From the NCBI RefSeq assembly GCF_009914755.1, contig NC_060936.1: a stretch of 64,000 bases of DNA; one strand, written 5' to 3'. The notes beneath the pieces are model-generated. The model did no database searches and was not told the origin of the DNA. It worked only from the letters and a program-made list of their open reading frames with translations. Each line of letters opens with the position of its first letter. Positions within the stretch are counted from its first letter, which is position 1. Positions 46,351-62,748 of this stretch are shown in pieces. The translations under genes and the position numbers were made by a program. The stretch is from the human T2T-CHM13v2.0 reference genome, Homo sapiens.

Positions 46351-47919
46351 CAGGGTCATGCAATGATGAAAGAAACGATCCCAGGGAACAATAAGAATCA
46401 GATAGGGGATAAGTGGCAGCTAGGCACCTGCTGGAATTCTGGTCAGAGGTGGATTAATGGGAGGTGACTCACAGGTGGTCTTAGGCTATAGGAGGGAGAC
46501 AAGGTTAATCTTTTATAAGAACCAGCCTCTGCATGACAGACCTGTTGTACAGGGAAGAGCAGAAGAGTTCCTCTGCCCCAAGCTCAAAGCGAGACAAAAG
46601 CAGAATAAAGGGGAACATGGGTACTAGTTCCAGGCCCTGGTAATAGCAGTGTCCTCTCTCCTCCCGACATTGGTTCCTGCCACACAACCTGCACACAGGG
46701 ATTTGCACAGAGCACTGCCTTCTGCTCCATGTGGGGAGGTGATTGCTAAGCAGGAAAGAGACTCCAGGTAAACCCAGAGCAACAGGCAGCATTTCAGGTG
46801 AAAGTCTGGGCCGAAAACAGCTTGCCCGCCATCTGATTTCAAGGAAGTCACTTCCGCTATGTGGTCTCAGTGTTATCTTCTGTAAAGTGAAGGCAGGATT
46901 GGTGAAATGTAAGGTTGGTCCCTCTACCACTCACATTTTTTATGAATCATGAATTTCACTTTTGTCTCAGTGACATCAAGGTCACTGGACAGAAGATTTG
47001 GGGAAGGGCAGAGTGCCCAAGGTGCAGTCAATATCCCACCAGGATGAGGCCAAAGCAGAGTGTCCCAGGAGACAAGGTCCTTAAGGAGTTTTTGGAGTTG
47101 GGGCCAGGCGTGGAGGAGACTTGATGGCTGAGAAATCCTGACCCCATTCATTTTCCCACTCACATCCCTGGGAATAATGCTAAAAGTGCAAGTCGCATTA
47201 AAAGTTAATGAACAAATGCCCTACTGTTCTCTGGGTCACTTCCACCCTGGAGGAAATGTACTCTCTTCCTCTAACCTTTTCCTTCCTTATTCAGTTTCAT
47301 ATCCTCTTCTTATTCCCTGGAGTCCATTACTACTCATAGACCCCTGTGGTTGTTTTTTGAGTCAACAAGCTATTAAGCTCTTACATCTTTTCCTTGAAGG
47401 CCCTACTTTTCTCTCATTACCCTATTTGACCCACAAATCTATATTTCCCTTTCACTAGGCTCCCAAGAAAGCAGACGGTCTCTTGGAAGTTCCTTTCATG
47501 GGTCCAGAGGATAAGAACAGATTCTGCTGGAAAACAGACGGGTGGAAGGGATAATTGGGGAAAATCATGGAAAAAAGAGGTCCATTTCTTTCCCTTTCAA
47601 CTTACTTTAAAAATGGTACCAGTTTCTTCTCTTTAATCAAGTTTCCCTTTAGCCAAGGAAGAAGGAAAAAAATGAATGCATAGAGATCCATGTAGATCAG
47701 TGGCTCTTGAATTCTTTATCCTAAGATCTGTTTCTCTCATTCTATGCTTCCTATCCCACAGTTTGGCATTCTTAAATTTTCCCAACTCCTATATTTATCA
47801 AAAACAAAAAGTAGGCCAAGAATTCTGGTCTTTTGAGATTTTAAGAGATAAATGAGCATTTCTACTAGATTGAATTATAGACTCTTGATGAGTTATAAAC
47901 TATATTCTCTGATCTATCT

Positions 47920-47974
47920 ATCTCTCTCTTTCTCTTTCTCTCTCTCTCTCTCTCTCTCTGTCTGTCTCTCTCTC
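47920..47974. repeat. (CT)n microsatellite
   Basis: Read directly from sequence. Confidence 0.9.
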
Positions 47975-50900
47975 CTACTCCTCCACCCCAGCTCTCTCAG
48001 GCTGGAGGGCTAGGCAAAGGGTGGGGAATATGGGAGGTCAGTGGTGACAATGGGGCTGGAGGCCTGGGTAGTAATGGGTCTGAGATAAAAAGAACTGTGC
48101 TTATGGCAGTCAAGGGTTCGGGCTGCAGGCAAGGCTAAGAGCTCCTGCAGTTCATGCTGTTCAGTTCCAATGTCCTGGGAACTTTCTGCCCCCCAGCTCA
48201 GGTCATGCCCTGCAAGCCAAGAAATACCACGTTAGGCATTGGAAGAGCCCTGTATGTGAAGACAGTTAAGCTCAGAAACAAGTGACAGAGAAGAACTCAG
48301 CCATCTCTTTCCCTATGTGTTAAGGATATTTTGAGCTGCTGCTACATGTCTACCGCCATGCCAACTAAAGTGAGAAATGAAGGGATAAACTGTGGATCTG
48401 AACCTTTAAGGAGCTAACCATCTAGCAGATATCTATGAGCATTCAAAACAGATGCTCATCTGGGTGGAATGGGTAAAGCTTGATCTTATTTGGAAGCAGA
48501 CGGAAGGACAAGATGATGCTGAGTTGTTCTTTTCCACACTCAAGAGAAAGCACAGAGGAGTGGTGGTGACCATGAGTACTGGGGACCGTGGACCCCTTGA
48601 GTACTGGGGACTGTGATGATGTCACCAAAACCCCAAGCCTGCCTCTTCTCTGCCACACCCTTGACCCAGTAGAGACTGTATACTGTGCACTCTGTGTACC
48701 CTGTGCACTCTGAAGTAGATGCCAATCCTGGATTGTAAGACAACCTACCTCCAGCTCTGCCCCCTATTATCATCATAAGTCTTCCATCTCCTTCTCTCTA
48801 TTTAACTCCACAATTAAAGGTAGAAAATAAGAGCTCAGGTAAGAGCCTAAATTATCTTATTTTAGGGAAAAAGAAAAATCAAGAAACAGGAAAAAGATTG
48901 ACGTGTCTCTCTCCCACCATCAAAAGCAGGGATGAAGTGGCAGAGGTCTTTAGGAGATTCAAAAATATCAAGGAAATGCAATGTACACCCTTTGATACAC
49001 AAAAAGCCCCCAAGGAACTTTAATCCAAATGAAGAGACAAGGCTTAGACAAGTGAGTTAAAAAACAGACAAGCAAACAACAGATTTAAATAGGCAAATCA
49101 GACCTTGGAGGAGGGCCATGGAGTCATCTCTGTGTTGGCCACATACACCGTATTTTTCTGAACAGCATCAACTTTCACATCCAGTCTCATGCCACATCAC
49201 ATGTCCATGTCCTAATTTTCAGTTCAGAAAACAGAGTCGCCATACCGTTTACTTATTTTAATTTTTTAAAGAAATCTTAGAGGAAACCTGGTGCTGAAAC
49301 CGTGGTAGACTACAGAGTCACCAAAAAGTCAAACAGATGATCGGTGTAAGAGAACTTTAGAGGAGGGAGGAGAGAGAACTCAGTGAGGACAGGGCAGGGT
49401 AGGGAGGGCTTCCTGGAGGAGGCAGGGCAGGGCTTGAAGGATGGAGCAGTGAGCACACTGGGCTGACCAGGTAGCCTGGCTCTTCCAAGGCTCAGCCTCC
49501 AAGCTGTCTTGTCCCCTCCTACTTTCATCTCTCTCTTGAGTCTACTCCATTTGGGTCCTTCCTGGGTAGCACAGTGTCCCAACATCTATAATTCACCATG
49601 GCAGATGTGTGCAGGGACAGGAGGGAGTGCAGGGGTGACTGTAATCCACTTCCCTCCCTACCACCACTGCAGTCACAGGCAAGGCATAGGCAGGCCAAGT
49701 ATATGCCCTGGGACCCTTCATGCCAGGTGTCCCTCCCACACCTCCACCAAGCCCTGGGGCTCCTCTGCTCGCCATGTGGCACCAAGATCTGTCAGCAAGC
49801 AGCCCCACCAGAAATGCCAGCTGCTCTCTGGTTTTTCACAGCCTGGGTCACAGCTAACACCAGGACTGCTGCTCCTCAGAGGGATAGGGATCAGGGCTCC
49901 AATTCAAAAATATTCATTGAGTCCCTGCCATGGGCTTGACACAGGCAATCTACTAATGAGCAGGAGAAGGTCTCTGCCATGGAGAAGTCGATCATGCAGT
50001 GGGGGAAACAGATGAGTACAAGAAGTCAGTGCATGGACCTCGGACACTCTGTGGGGAGCTGCCCTTCTCTGGGGGCAGTGGGAGGACAAGTGGTCTTGGC
50101 TGAAAGTGAGTGGCTGTCCATCTAGAAATGTCAGTCCTCCACAGAGTACAACTTCTTCTCAGCAACTCTACTTGTCTTTGAGCGAGCCTTCAAAGTCTTG
50201 CTCAAAAACATCACTTCACCTAGGAAACCCACCCCAACTAGCCATATTCCACTCTAAACCTCTGAGCATATGGGACACGGCATGCCACACCCCTCTGCAG
50301 ATGTTGCTGGTGCCTCTTTCCTATGTGCTATATTGACTCCCATTCTGATCACGACTCCCTTGAGAATGCAGCCCACATTGTTTACTTGTTTTCATCTTCC
50401 CTATAGAGATCCCAGAGAGAAGCTGGTGCTAAAACAGTGGTTCACAGCACAGGTGCTGGAGTCAGGGGTCCTGGGTGCAAATTCTGGCTCTACTGCTTAT
50501 TAGCCTGGGAGACTCAAGCACATGACCTGTTTTGGTGAGCTGCTGTTTTTCCTCTATGCAATGTATGTCATTAACCTACTGTAATGACCTAATGTAGGTA
50601 AATGGTCTAGTTCCTAGGCACATAGTAGGTTCTCAAGAAGTCAGAGTTCTTTTTGTTCCAGACACAGCAGAGACTCATGTGACCCAGCAACATCCTATGC
50701 CCACCTTGGCTCAGGTATGAGGCACGAGTCCTGTCCACTCCTGGGCTGGTGAGTGGCAGGAAAGGCCAAGAAAGCTCCAAGTATTTGCTCAGCCACTTGG
50801 AGAAGGGCTTGGTCCTCAGGTCATCAGGCTCAATGGGCTGTCTCTGAACCTGGCCATTCTCAGAGGACTGGGGAAGAGTGCTAGGGAAGTGGGGGCTTAC

Positions 50901-51099
50901 AGGGTAGCAATAAGACTCTTGGCATGGCCCCAGGGGTCTCCACGAGTCTCCATGGTGGGGAAGGATGGGAGGGGCAAGGTCCCAAGACAGCTTGGCCCTC
51001 CCAGTCAGATCAAGTCCTTTCCTTCACTCCCAGCACTGCCCTCACCATGCCACCTCTGCCCAACTGGAACAGAGAAGAGAAGCCACAGGAAGAGCCTGG

Positions 51100-51417
51100 G
51101 GCTGGGCACAGTGGCTCAGGCCTATAATCCCAACATTTGGGAGGCAGAGGCTGGTAGATCAGTTGAGCCCAGGAGTTTAAGACCAGCCCGGGCAACATGG
51201 CGAAATGCTGCCTCTACAAAAAATACAAAAAGTAGCTGGGCATGGTGGTGCATGCCACCCACAGTCCAGCTATGTGGGGAGCTGAGTCACTTGAGTCTAG
51301 GAGGTTGAGGCTGCAATGAGCTGTGATCATGCCACTGCACTCCAGCCTGGGCAACAAAGTGAGACCCTGTCTCAACAACAACAACAAAACAAAACAAAAA
51401 ACACAAAAAACACAAAA
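51100..51417 (+). mobile_element. Alu (AluJ-like) with (CAA)/(CAAAA) tail
   Basis: Dimer with ttgagcccaggagttt; patterned A-tail. Confidence 0.92.
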
Positions 51418-54400
51418 CCGGGACGACTGCCTGTCGACTGCCTGGCTCGTCCAACAGAATGGTGACGTAGGCTTCTCCTGCCTGCCTGGCTTCTGGAAAT
51501 AGCTGATCTGCCCACAGAGGGCTGGCCATTTCCCCAGTCCCACTGCTGGAGCAGCACTCCCCTCAAGGGCAGAAGAGAGCATTCTCTTAAAACCAGCTGG
51601 CTGCTTCCCATCCTGAAAAGGATCAGCTTTGGTATCAGGCAGCAGAGACAAGCCAGCCCCCAGGCAAGGGGGATAACCTCCACCTAGCAAGCAGGTGGGA
51701 AACTCCCCCAGGGGCAAGTCCCGGGTAGCTCTCGAGAACAGTAAAGTCCCCTTCCCCTCCCCACTCTCTCCACTTCCCTCTGCACCCCCACAACATGAAA
51801 AGCATACTTGTGCTCTTACAGGCTGTCAGCCAAACCTGTCAACCCTGCAGGACCACTACCCACATCATCAGCATCTTTCTTTAACCCCTATTTTCTGTGG
51901 TGCTAACTAGATACCATGGACAGGAATTTCCAGAGCTCCCCTTAGATGAACCTCAGTGTATAAAATTCCTATATTCCTCTTTCCCTCCCAAATATTTATT
52001 AAGCACATACTATGTGCTGGGTTAATAGGGAGACAAAGATAAAGCTGACTCAATTCCCTCCCTCAATGAGGGGAAACAGACTCCTACTGTTAAGGAGTGC
52101 CACAAACCATAGTTGGCTGTCACTCATCATAAAATAGAGGTATATTTAAGGACCACAGAAGCACATAGGGGAGCGATTAATCCCAGTGAAAGTGTGGGGA
52201 CATGTTAAGAGAAGGCTGGAGGGGCCTTTACTCTAGAGGCCACCATCCCCTCCATGGGCCCCTCTGGGAAGCGGGCATGTGGCACCAAAGCAGGCAGCAA
52301 GCGCCCACCCAAGGACACCAGCTGCGCTGACGTTCACAGGCTGGATCACAGCAGTGGTGGGAGCCGTGCTGTCCTGAGGACTCGCAACACCAGTTCCATC
52401 AATGCCCTTAGTTCCTTCCTCACACAGACAATGGAAACACTATGAGCCCACCTTGTCACTTAAGCCTCAAGTGCATCCATCAAGTCCCACTTAGTGCTTC
52501 TGGAAACCTGGGTAGGTTTTGCAAAACAGACTTGACAGCAAAGGTGAAAGATCTCAGCCCTAGCAGAGGACATATGGGTGTGCATGCACATGCCCTTATC
52601 TGGATGGAGGGAAAGGGTGACAGACACCCCCTGGATGAAAGAGAAAGAGGGATGCCATCTAGGAAATATAGAAAATCATTTTAACCAACTGAGTTAAGCA
52701 CTTGGCACATCTTGGACTGAGAATAGTTGAGGAACAGTGTTTTAACCAACTGAGTTAAGCTAGGTTACCAAATGATCGGACAAGGCGCTGCCTCCACTTA
52801 TTAGAATTACACACATTTCCTGTTCTACTCTCTTGAGTTATTTTCCACCAGCCCCACAACTCCATAAGGATTGCACTGTTCACCACCTCGTCCTGTGCCT
52901 GGTGAGAAAAGTAAGTAAATACGAATGAACGCCCTGCAGTTCTTTCACCCCACTGCATACAGGACAAAACGAAGTGAAAGTGAGTGCAACTCCACACTGA
53001 GAAGACTTCCCTAAAGGGAGGATTCTTGAAACCCTGGATATACTTCCAACGAAGCATGTGCAATTTCCTTGCTTAAGAAACTCTATGGATAGAGTTGGCA
53101 TCCATCAGTCTGGGCTGGTCAGGTGGGGTCCTGATGGAGGCTTGGGGACACCCAGTCCCTCTTGCACGTTATGGATGATTTGGCTCTAGGCCAGATGCTA
53201 GCAGCGTGCAAGGTGTCCTCTGCATGAGGCCCTGTTTCCAAGAACTTGGAGTGCTGCACAAATACCCAACATCTGTGCATTTCCACAACACCTTTCTCCA
53301 AGGAATTCAACATGCTTACAGACATGATCTCATTCATCCTCTCATTCCCTCTGAGGCAGGGAGGGGACCAGCATGATTACTTCTGTTCAGTATGTGGGGG
53401 AACAAGGCCCAGAGATGGAAAGAAAGTTTCTCAAGGTTACACAGCAAATACAGGACTGCCAAAACAACAACAACAACACCAGGAGGTCAGGTCCAATGTC
53501 CCACACTGGTTCCCTCTCCTGACTTTGCCTTGACCTTGTGTTGAGATTTAAAAGCATTAAAGAAAGGTATATATTATAAGGACTGCTGAATTAGCATCAT
53601 GAACATCCTGTAAAATCTGACAAGACCATTGAAAAATTGTATTAATCATCACCCCACGCTCTCTTCTTCTTACAGGTTCCTAGTTCAGTCTTTAAGACCT
53701 TGTGGGGGGAACAGAAACAAAGAATAAAATGAAACCTAGAAACAACAACTGTGATGGAAAATATGCCAAAACCGTACTCCAAATCGGGACCTGAGCAGTG
53801 GGGCTGAGCTCACCCATTCTCTTGGGGAATGGGGATGGCTTTGGAATGTGCAGTGCTTTGGGAAATTAGCAAAGGGAAGGAAGCCTGGCCTGAACTGGAG
53901 AACGGGAGGCAAAGGCTGGTTGAGTGCTACAAGAGGCCGAAGCAAGGACAACCCATCACCAGCAGGACTGGTCACCCCTCTCTACTCTAATCAGAGGGCT
54001 TTCTTAATTAATCCAAAGCCCCAGCTATAACCCTCACAAAGGATTTTCTTCCAGTCAATCCTTAAAGCCCCAGCTGTCTCCAAACAAAGGTTTGACTCTT
54101 GTACTCCCTTATGAGGGAGGCTTAAAATATTGACTAATCCTATCTGCATCTACTCAAATCCTTGGGAACCTAGATATAATGAGCTGAGACCCAAAAGGTG
54201 AAAATCTCAATTAGGCATGCTGCTTTATCTAAACCTAGAAACAATGGCACACAGTTTAATCCAAATTTGCCTATTACTCTGAAAACAGGTCAAAATGTAA
54301 TAGGGCCTGGGCAGCATCCAGTTCATCCAAGTCTAGGGTGCCTCTAACTCAGGCCTTCCTGTTCCTTCACTTTGTTAAAGACAAAACCCTGACCCATGGG

Positions 54401-56644
54401 AGTATCCTTTTTTTTTTTTTTTTTTTTGGTCGGAGCTTCTCAAGTGCCAAGGAAGACTCTATGTCTCCTACCTAACACAGGAGGATCAGCACACCTGCCT
54501 CCTATGTCCTTTTCCTGCTGTTGTGCACAAGAAGTGCAAGTCTTATGATCTCACTAGGTGTGAAATGGAGAGGCATGGAGGAATGAGGAAAGAGAAGGTG
54601 AAAGCCACAGGATGTATTGATTAGGAAGATAACTAATTATTAATTAAGAAGGTAACTAGTGATCACTAGAGAGACCAGTTTCAGGAGATTTGAGGAAAAA
54701 AACAAATTGTGAGGTTACTAAAGAAGCCAAAGGAATGTAAGGAAACCAAAGTGGGAATTTCAAGAAGAATGGTCTTGAGAAAAGGGAGAGGTTGGTACCA
54801 AAAGCAAGGGAACTTGAGGCAGGTACATATCTGAGGGAGAGTTTAATTAGGAGGGCAGAATCTTTGACCTAATTTTGGTTAGAGAACAGGAGATACGAGG
54901 AGTTAGAGATCATCAATGCAAAAGAAAAGAGATCATTTTAGAGTAAAAGCCCAGGAGTAGACAAGGAGAGATGAGGTTGTTAGCACAGAGACAGGCTTTT
55001 TATGGGAGGCATAAATTGGCTTCATTTCAGTGCCTTCTTGGTGAAATCTAGGATCTGCTATTCTAAATGTGGGCCTGGCCTCTCAGCTCCTCCTAGATGT
55101 GACATCCAGGACAGGTTTCCTGGTTCATTGATGGTAACCTGGTGAACGAGATCCTGCTTCCAAGCTCTCACTGACACTGGCTCACCGCTGTGACGGGTTC
55201 TATCTTTCCTTCCAAACTCACCTAGGTTCTCTGAATTTGGTGTGCTTTTCTTCCATCCCAGCATAACACACAAGTAGGTGGACACGGACTCCTGTAGGGG
55301 AAGCCTACAGCACTGGATAGGCTTAAGAAGTGACATCTGCCCTCCCACAGTCTTTGATCTTCCCTGTGGCTCAGCTTAAGATGTGGCCTTATTGAGTCCC
55401 CAGCCAAGTGTCTGGCACATAGTAAGCACTCAAGAAATAGTTGCATTTGACTTCCCTTCTTTGAGTCTTCTAATGGGAAAGGATGTTTCCCAAAGCAAGG
55501 TGGATAAAATGTTTCTTATGCAAGATGCTGACATAAGACAAACTCCTATAGTGACTGCCCCATGTGGGCAGTGTGAGAGCAGCAGTGACATGTGTAAGTC
55601 TCAGACCACTTGCAGAAACTGGCTCTCCACAGACCCTGTACAAGCAGGCACAGCAGGGCAAAGTCAATTCTCCAGTGATTCAAGCAGATTTTGGTGCTGA
55701 GAAACAGTTGACTGGCTGGAGTTAATGATGAAGTCACTCCCTAATACAGGCATTCTCAACCGAGCTTATGGGATTGAAGGCGGACACCAACACACTACAG
55801 GGAAAGTGGCAAAGTTCTCAAAAGAAAACTCAGAATCCAGTCCCAAAGTCAGCACCAAAACATCTGGCTTTGAAATTTCCCTCCTCTGAGCCTCAATATT
55901 TTCTCACTCTGGATTCCCCTGAAGAAACATACTCTTAAAAAAACAAAGCCAAATAAGATTGGGTGCCCTGACACTGGGGGAGCCACAGCTGCTACTGACT
56001 TTGGATCTTCAGGAGGAAATGAGGCAACCAAAGCTCTTGGCCAGCTTCACGTTAACACAACTTGGCCAGCTATGGATTCCTGAAAGTCAGCATCCTCAGC
56101 ACAGTGAATGCCTCCTTTGCTCTGGGCCTGGGCTCTTCTGATTCCAGCTAAGGCATCAGCCAAGTCACCCTGGGGCAAGAGTTCCAAAGAGTGATTGTCC
56201 AAGGCTTCCCAGGGGCACCTTAAGCATCCCAAGTATCACCTCGTAATGCGGCATGGGTTGGCAAGAACACATAGGCTGGGAGTGGAGGGTGGGTGCAGCC
56301 TATGACTCTTCCCTTGAGAAAGACAGTCTCACGATCTAGGTCTCAGCTAACTCCTAAGCTCAGGAAGAATCACCTCCTTTCATCACATTTAGAATGTCAC
56401 CCCATCCTGAGCATAAAAATGAACACCAACAAAAACAGAAATCTAATAAAAATCAGGAATTACGCCTAAAATAATTTTTCAATTTCAGATTGTCAGTCAT
56501 CAGGCATTTATTGAACACCTACTAAGTGCTATGCACTGACACATATAGGGAGCATATGACAATGACAAGTCCAACAGAGCCCCCATCTCACAGGAGCTTA
56601 CATATTAAAATGGAGAGACGGCCGGCAAAGAAATAAGCAAATAA

Positions 56645-56966
<322 letters not shown>

Positions 56967-57217
56967 AAAGAAATAAGCAAATGAAAAAGACCATTGCAGG
57001 TCCTGGTAGGTGGAATAAAGCAAATTCCACAGATGAAGGCAGGAAGACAGATCACTGCAGCCAGGGCTGAGATGGTGATGAGGAGAGGGCAGAGTGAGGA
57101 GCAGGTAGCCAAAGCCATCATTGAGTAAGAGCCTTCCAGAAGAAGGAAGAGCCAGTCAAAGACCCTGGGGTGGATATGCACTGGTGTGTGGGAGGAACAG
57201 AAAGAAGAGTGAATGCA

Positions 57218-57509
57218 GGCCAGGCACAGTGGCTCACACCTATAATTCTGGCATTTTGGGAGGCTGAGACAGGCAGATCCCTTGAGCCCAGGAGTTCAAG
57301 ACCAGCCTGGGCAACATGGCAAAACCCCGTCTCTACTAAAAATACAAAATTAGCCAGGCATGGTGGTGCATGCCTGTAATTTCAGCTACTTGGGAGGCTG
57401 AGGCAGGAGAATCCCTTGAACCCAGGAGCAGAGCCTGCGGTGGGCCGAGATCATGTGCCACTGCACTCCAGCCTGGGTGACAGAGCGAGACTATCTTAAA
57501 AAAAAAAAA
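57218..57509 (+). mobile_element. Alu (AluJ/S-type)
   Basis: Full dimer; TSD agtgaatg(c/t)a. Confidence 0.93.
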
Positions 57510-58559
57510 GTGAATGTAGTTCAAGAGTGGTGAATAAGGTGAAGCATGGAAGGGAAGAAAGATGGCAGCCAGATCTTGTGAGGCCTGGTGGGCTATAATG
57601 GGGAAAGTCTCTGGTGGGTTTTATGTGGGCGAGTGATGTGATCTGATTTACAGTCCAGAAAGCTCACTTCAGCTAACGTATGGAGACTAGACTCTAAGGG
57701 AATGAGGCTCCAGATACAGCAGGCAGGCGGATGATGCAATACCCCTGGCAAGAACTGCTGGGGATCTGGACTAGGTTCGCAGTATGAACAGAGTGAAAGA
57801 TGTTCAGAGCAAGGATAGATTTTAGTAGTAGAGTTAAAGGCACTTACCAGTGGATTAACTATGGGGTTTGAGGGAACACAGAGAATCTAGGATGACTCCT
57901 ACGTTTTCGTCCTCCTCATTTTCTTTATGTAAGATATTCAAGGAAGATCTATGTTTAAGCTGGAGATTTGGATGAACTTAAGTAAGATACTTAAGTTCTT
58001 TAAGCCACTGACTTCTTCGTTGGTTGATGTCAGGATGTTAGTGAATGTTAAATTCAAGAATATGTATATACTCCTGAATTTGTTGCCACAAATTCTTGGC
58101 TTCACCTAAGCCCTTCCCCTATGGCCAAGGGCTTAAAGATCCTACATCCAGGTCTTGTCTTAGGCCATATTCAGGCTCAGAAAATGGCAAGAATCTAAGT
58201 TCAGGTCCTGGCGGCAATTCACAGTGCCCAAGTGTGGGCTGCCATGTACCTGCCATGCAGTTTTCCTGTGAAACCCCTGCATCAAGAAACAGCCTGATTT
58301 TGTAGTGAGATGTCAGTAGCCTAGGTGGTCTGGAGGTGTGATGGCACGAAGCTGTCCCCTGCGCCCCGTAGTAGGGCCTGAAGTTCATGAGGCAGACAGT
58401 GTGAGGGAACGCTTCCGCCAGGCAAAGGAAAAGAGAGACTGAGAACAAAGAAGATTGAAAAGTATTGTTTCCGAGGGCCAATCACCTTGTTGTAAAAATC
58501 CTTGTTTATTAACAATAATGGGAGACGTTAATAACTCCCTTCATCCTGAGACATGTTCC

Positions 58560-59690
58560 TCGCATGACCCCCTGGGACTCCACTTTTTGTTGGTTTTCTT
58601 CTTATCTCACTAGCCGCTTCTGCTCAGTTACTTCGGCGCATCCATCATCATCCCATCTCTAAACTTCAAACAGACATAGGGTTCATTTAGGGACATCTCT
58701 CTTCTTTATCTGCATCTACCCATTGGGTGAGCTGACAAGGTCTCATGGCTGAAAAATCATCTAAATGTCAGTGACTCTCCAGCTAAGAGATTCCCTTGAA
58801 TGTTGCACGTTTCTACATGGATATGCAGCAGCTGTCACAAATGTCACATGTTCATAAGTAAATACCTGATGTCTTCCCTCACCGATATTCTTCAAGTTCA
58901 TATCAAAATCTTGGCGTCATCCTTGACCTCTTTCTTTCATGCCTCACACTCACTCCATGAACAAATATTGAATGATTTGCCTTTGAAACGTAGTCAGCAC
59001 CTGAACCTGTCTCACCATCTCCGTGGCTCCTACCCTAGTTTGCGCCACTGTCACCTCCCCTTGGACCACTGCAACTGCCTCCACTGGCTCCCCACTCTGT
59101 CCCCGCCCCCACGGTCTAGTCTCCACTAAGCAACCAGAGTGAGCATTCAGAAATATTAGACTCATCCTGTGGTCTTCTGCTCAGAGCCCTGGTGACTTCC
59201 CATCTCATTCGGAGTCAATCCAAAGTCCTCAAAATATCCAGAGACCCCCTCAATACCCTGGCCCAGACCCTCTCCTTCCTTCTTCTCCAGCCACTGCCTC
59301 TCTCAAGGCTGGTCCGGCCACACTGACCTCTTTGCTGTTCCTTGCACGAGTTTGCTCTACATCAGGACCTTTGCATTTGCTGCTTCCTCTGCCCGGATTC
59401 CTTTCCCCTCACTGCCACATGACCAGCTCCTCCACTTGCATCTGGGTTTGCTCAGCTGCCATGTGCCAGAGAGACCATTCCCGGAGCAGCCCTACCAGCC
59501 TCTTCACTTTCTACTGCTTCACTCTGCTTTGTTTTCCTTCATGGTACATATTGCTAGTGAACATATTATCTGGTATTTATCTATTCATTTGTGGTCTGTA
59601 TCTTCTTACTAGACTGCAAACCCCTTGAGAGCAGGGATTTGTTTTCAATGCTGCAGCCCCAGAGTTTGTGCCTGCAACAGAGTGAGGCCT
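58560..59690 (+). mobile_element. L2 fragment
   Basis: caggacctttgcatttgctgcttcctctgccc...ccttgagagcagggatttg. Confidence 0.65.
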
Positions 59691-59842
59691 CCATCAACAT
59701 AGCAAAACTAGAAGGTGGCCAATTTACCAGCTCTGTTTGATTCCAAAACTCTCCACTATAAAAAAAATGTGCACCACCAACCTGCGCCAGTCCCCAAAGC
59801 TTCGAGGATCTCTGCTTCAGTTCCTTAGCAGAAGGGTTTACC

Positions 59843-59880
<38 letters not shown>
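59843..59880. repeat. (GA)n microsatellite
   Basis: Read directly from sequence. Confidence 0.9.
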
Positions 59881-59884
<4 letters not shown>

Positions 59885-60384
59885 AAACACACACAAATAG
59901 GGACAGAAGGAGAAAGCTAGAGGAGAGAGAAGGAGAAAGCCACAGGAGAGAGAAAGAGTGTCAGATACAGGCAGCCAACATGGGTCCTCTTTGGGGAAGG
60001 ATGAGCAGTTCAGACCCACTAGCGAGTGGTGAGCCAGGCCTCCTAAGACCCACGCTAGGATCACCAGCTCCCGAGTGTCCCCACAAAGAGTTTACAGAGA
60101 AGCAAGTTTCAAGGAACCAGATTTTTCCTTCATATGCCACTAACTAGTGAACAAATCCCTTCCCCCTCTCGGCCTCAGTTTCCCCATGTATAAAATGAAG
60201 AGGGTAGCCTGAGAGTAGTTCTAAAATCTGGCTATTCATCAGAATATCGATTTCAAAATTTTGCCCCTGGAAAGAATTTAATTCTGGAAGTTTGCAGTGG
60301 AGCAAAGGAGTAGGTTTCTGGTTTTCTTTGTTTTGTTTGTTTGTTTGTTTGTTTGTTTTTTAACTAGCATTAATTTTCATGTGG

Positions 60385-60640
60385 GAGGCAGCATTGGTGG
60401 CAGGGCTGAGAGCATGGCCCTGGGTCAGAGATGGCCTGAATTCAGTGCTGATGATGCCACTTACCGTTTGTGAGCCCTTAGTCCCTAACCTCTCTGTGGT
60501 CCAGTTTCCTCATTAGAGAAACAGGGATAGTAACTAACTCTGTCAAGACCTGGTATGAAGATGAAGTGAGTTGGCACTTGTAAAACCACTCAGAACCGTG
60601 TCTGGTGCATACTTAAGTGCTACATAAGTGTCTGCTGAAT
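60385..60640 (+). mobile_element. MIR
   Basis: gggaggcagcat...ccagtttcctcatt...gtgtctggtgcatacttaagtgct. Confidence 0.65.
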
Positions 60641-60899
60641 AGTTCCTCAAGCCGCTAGTTTGCTGCTGGCTGTGGACAACTTTCAACAGATTTTTCTGAT
60701 ATTCCATGATTCTCTGCCCTACTGCTCCCTAGAAGAAAAAGGAAATGGTCCTCATTAAATTTTTGTGTTAGAGTAGAGAGCACTCCAAGCACCACTCCTG
60801 ACTCAATACCGAATTGGCCTCAACAGGAATTAGGCCCTTTTAACTACGACTTTGAACAACATGCCAGATCAGGCAGGGTTATTTGACATTGATATGGAA

Positions 60900-62748
<1,849 letters not shown>

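Noticed and set aside
48573-48611. 14-bp direct repeat tgagtactggggac (similar short duplications near 14131 and 29203)
   Set aside because: Two-copy local slippage duplications are common, and nothing else supports a function.
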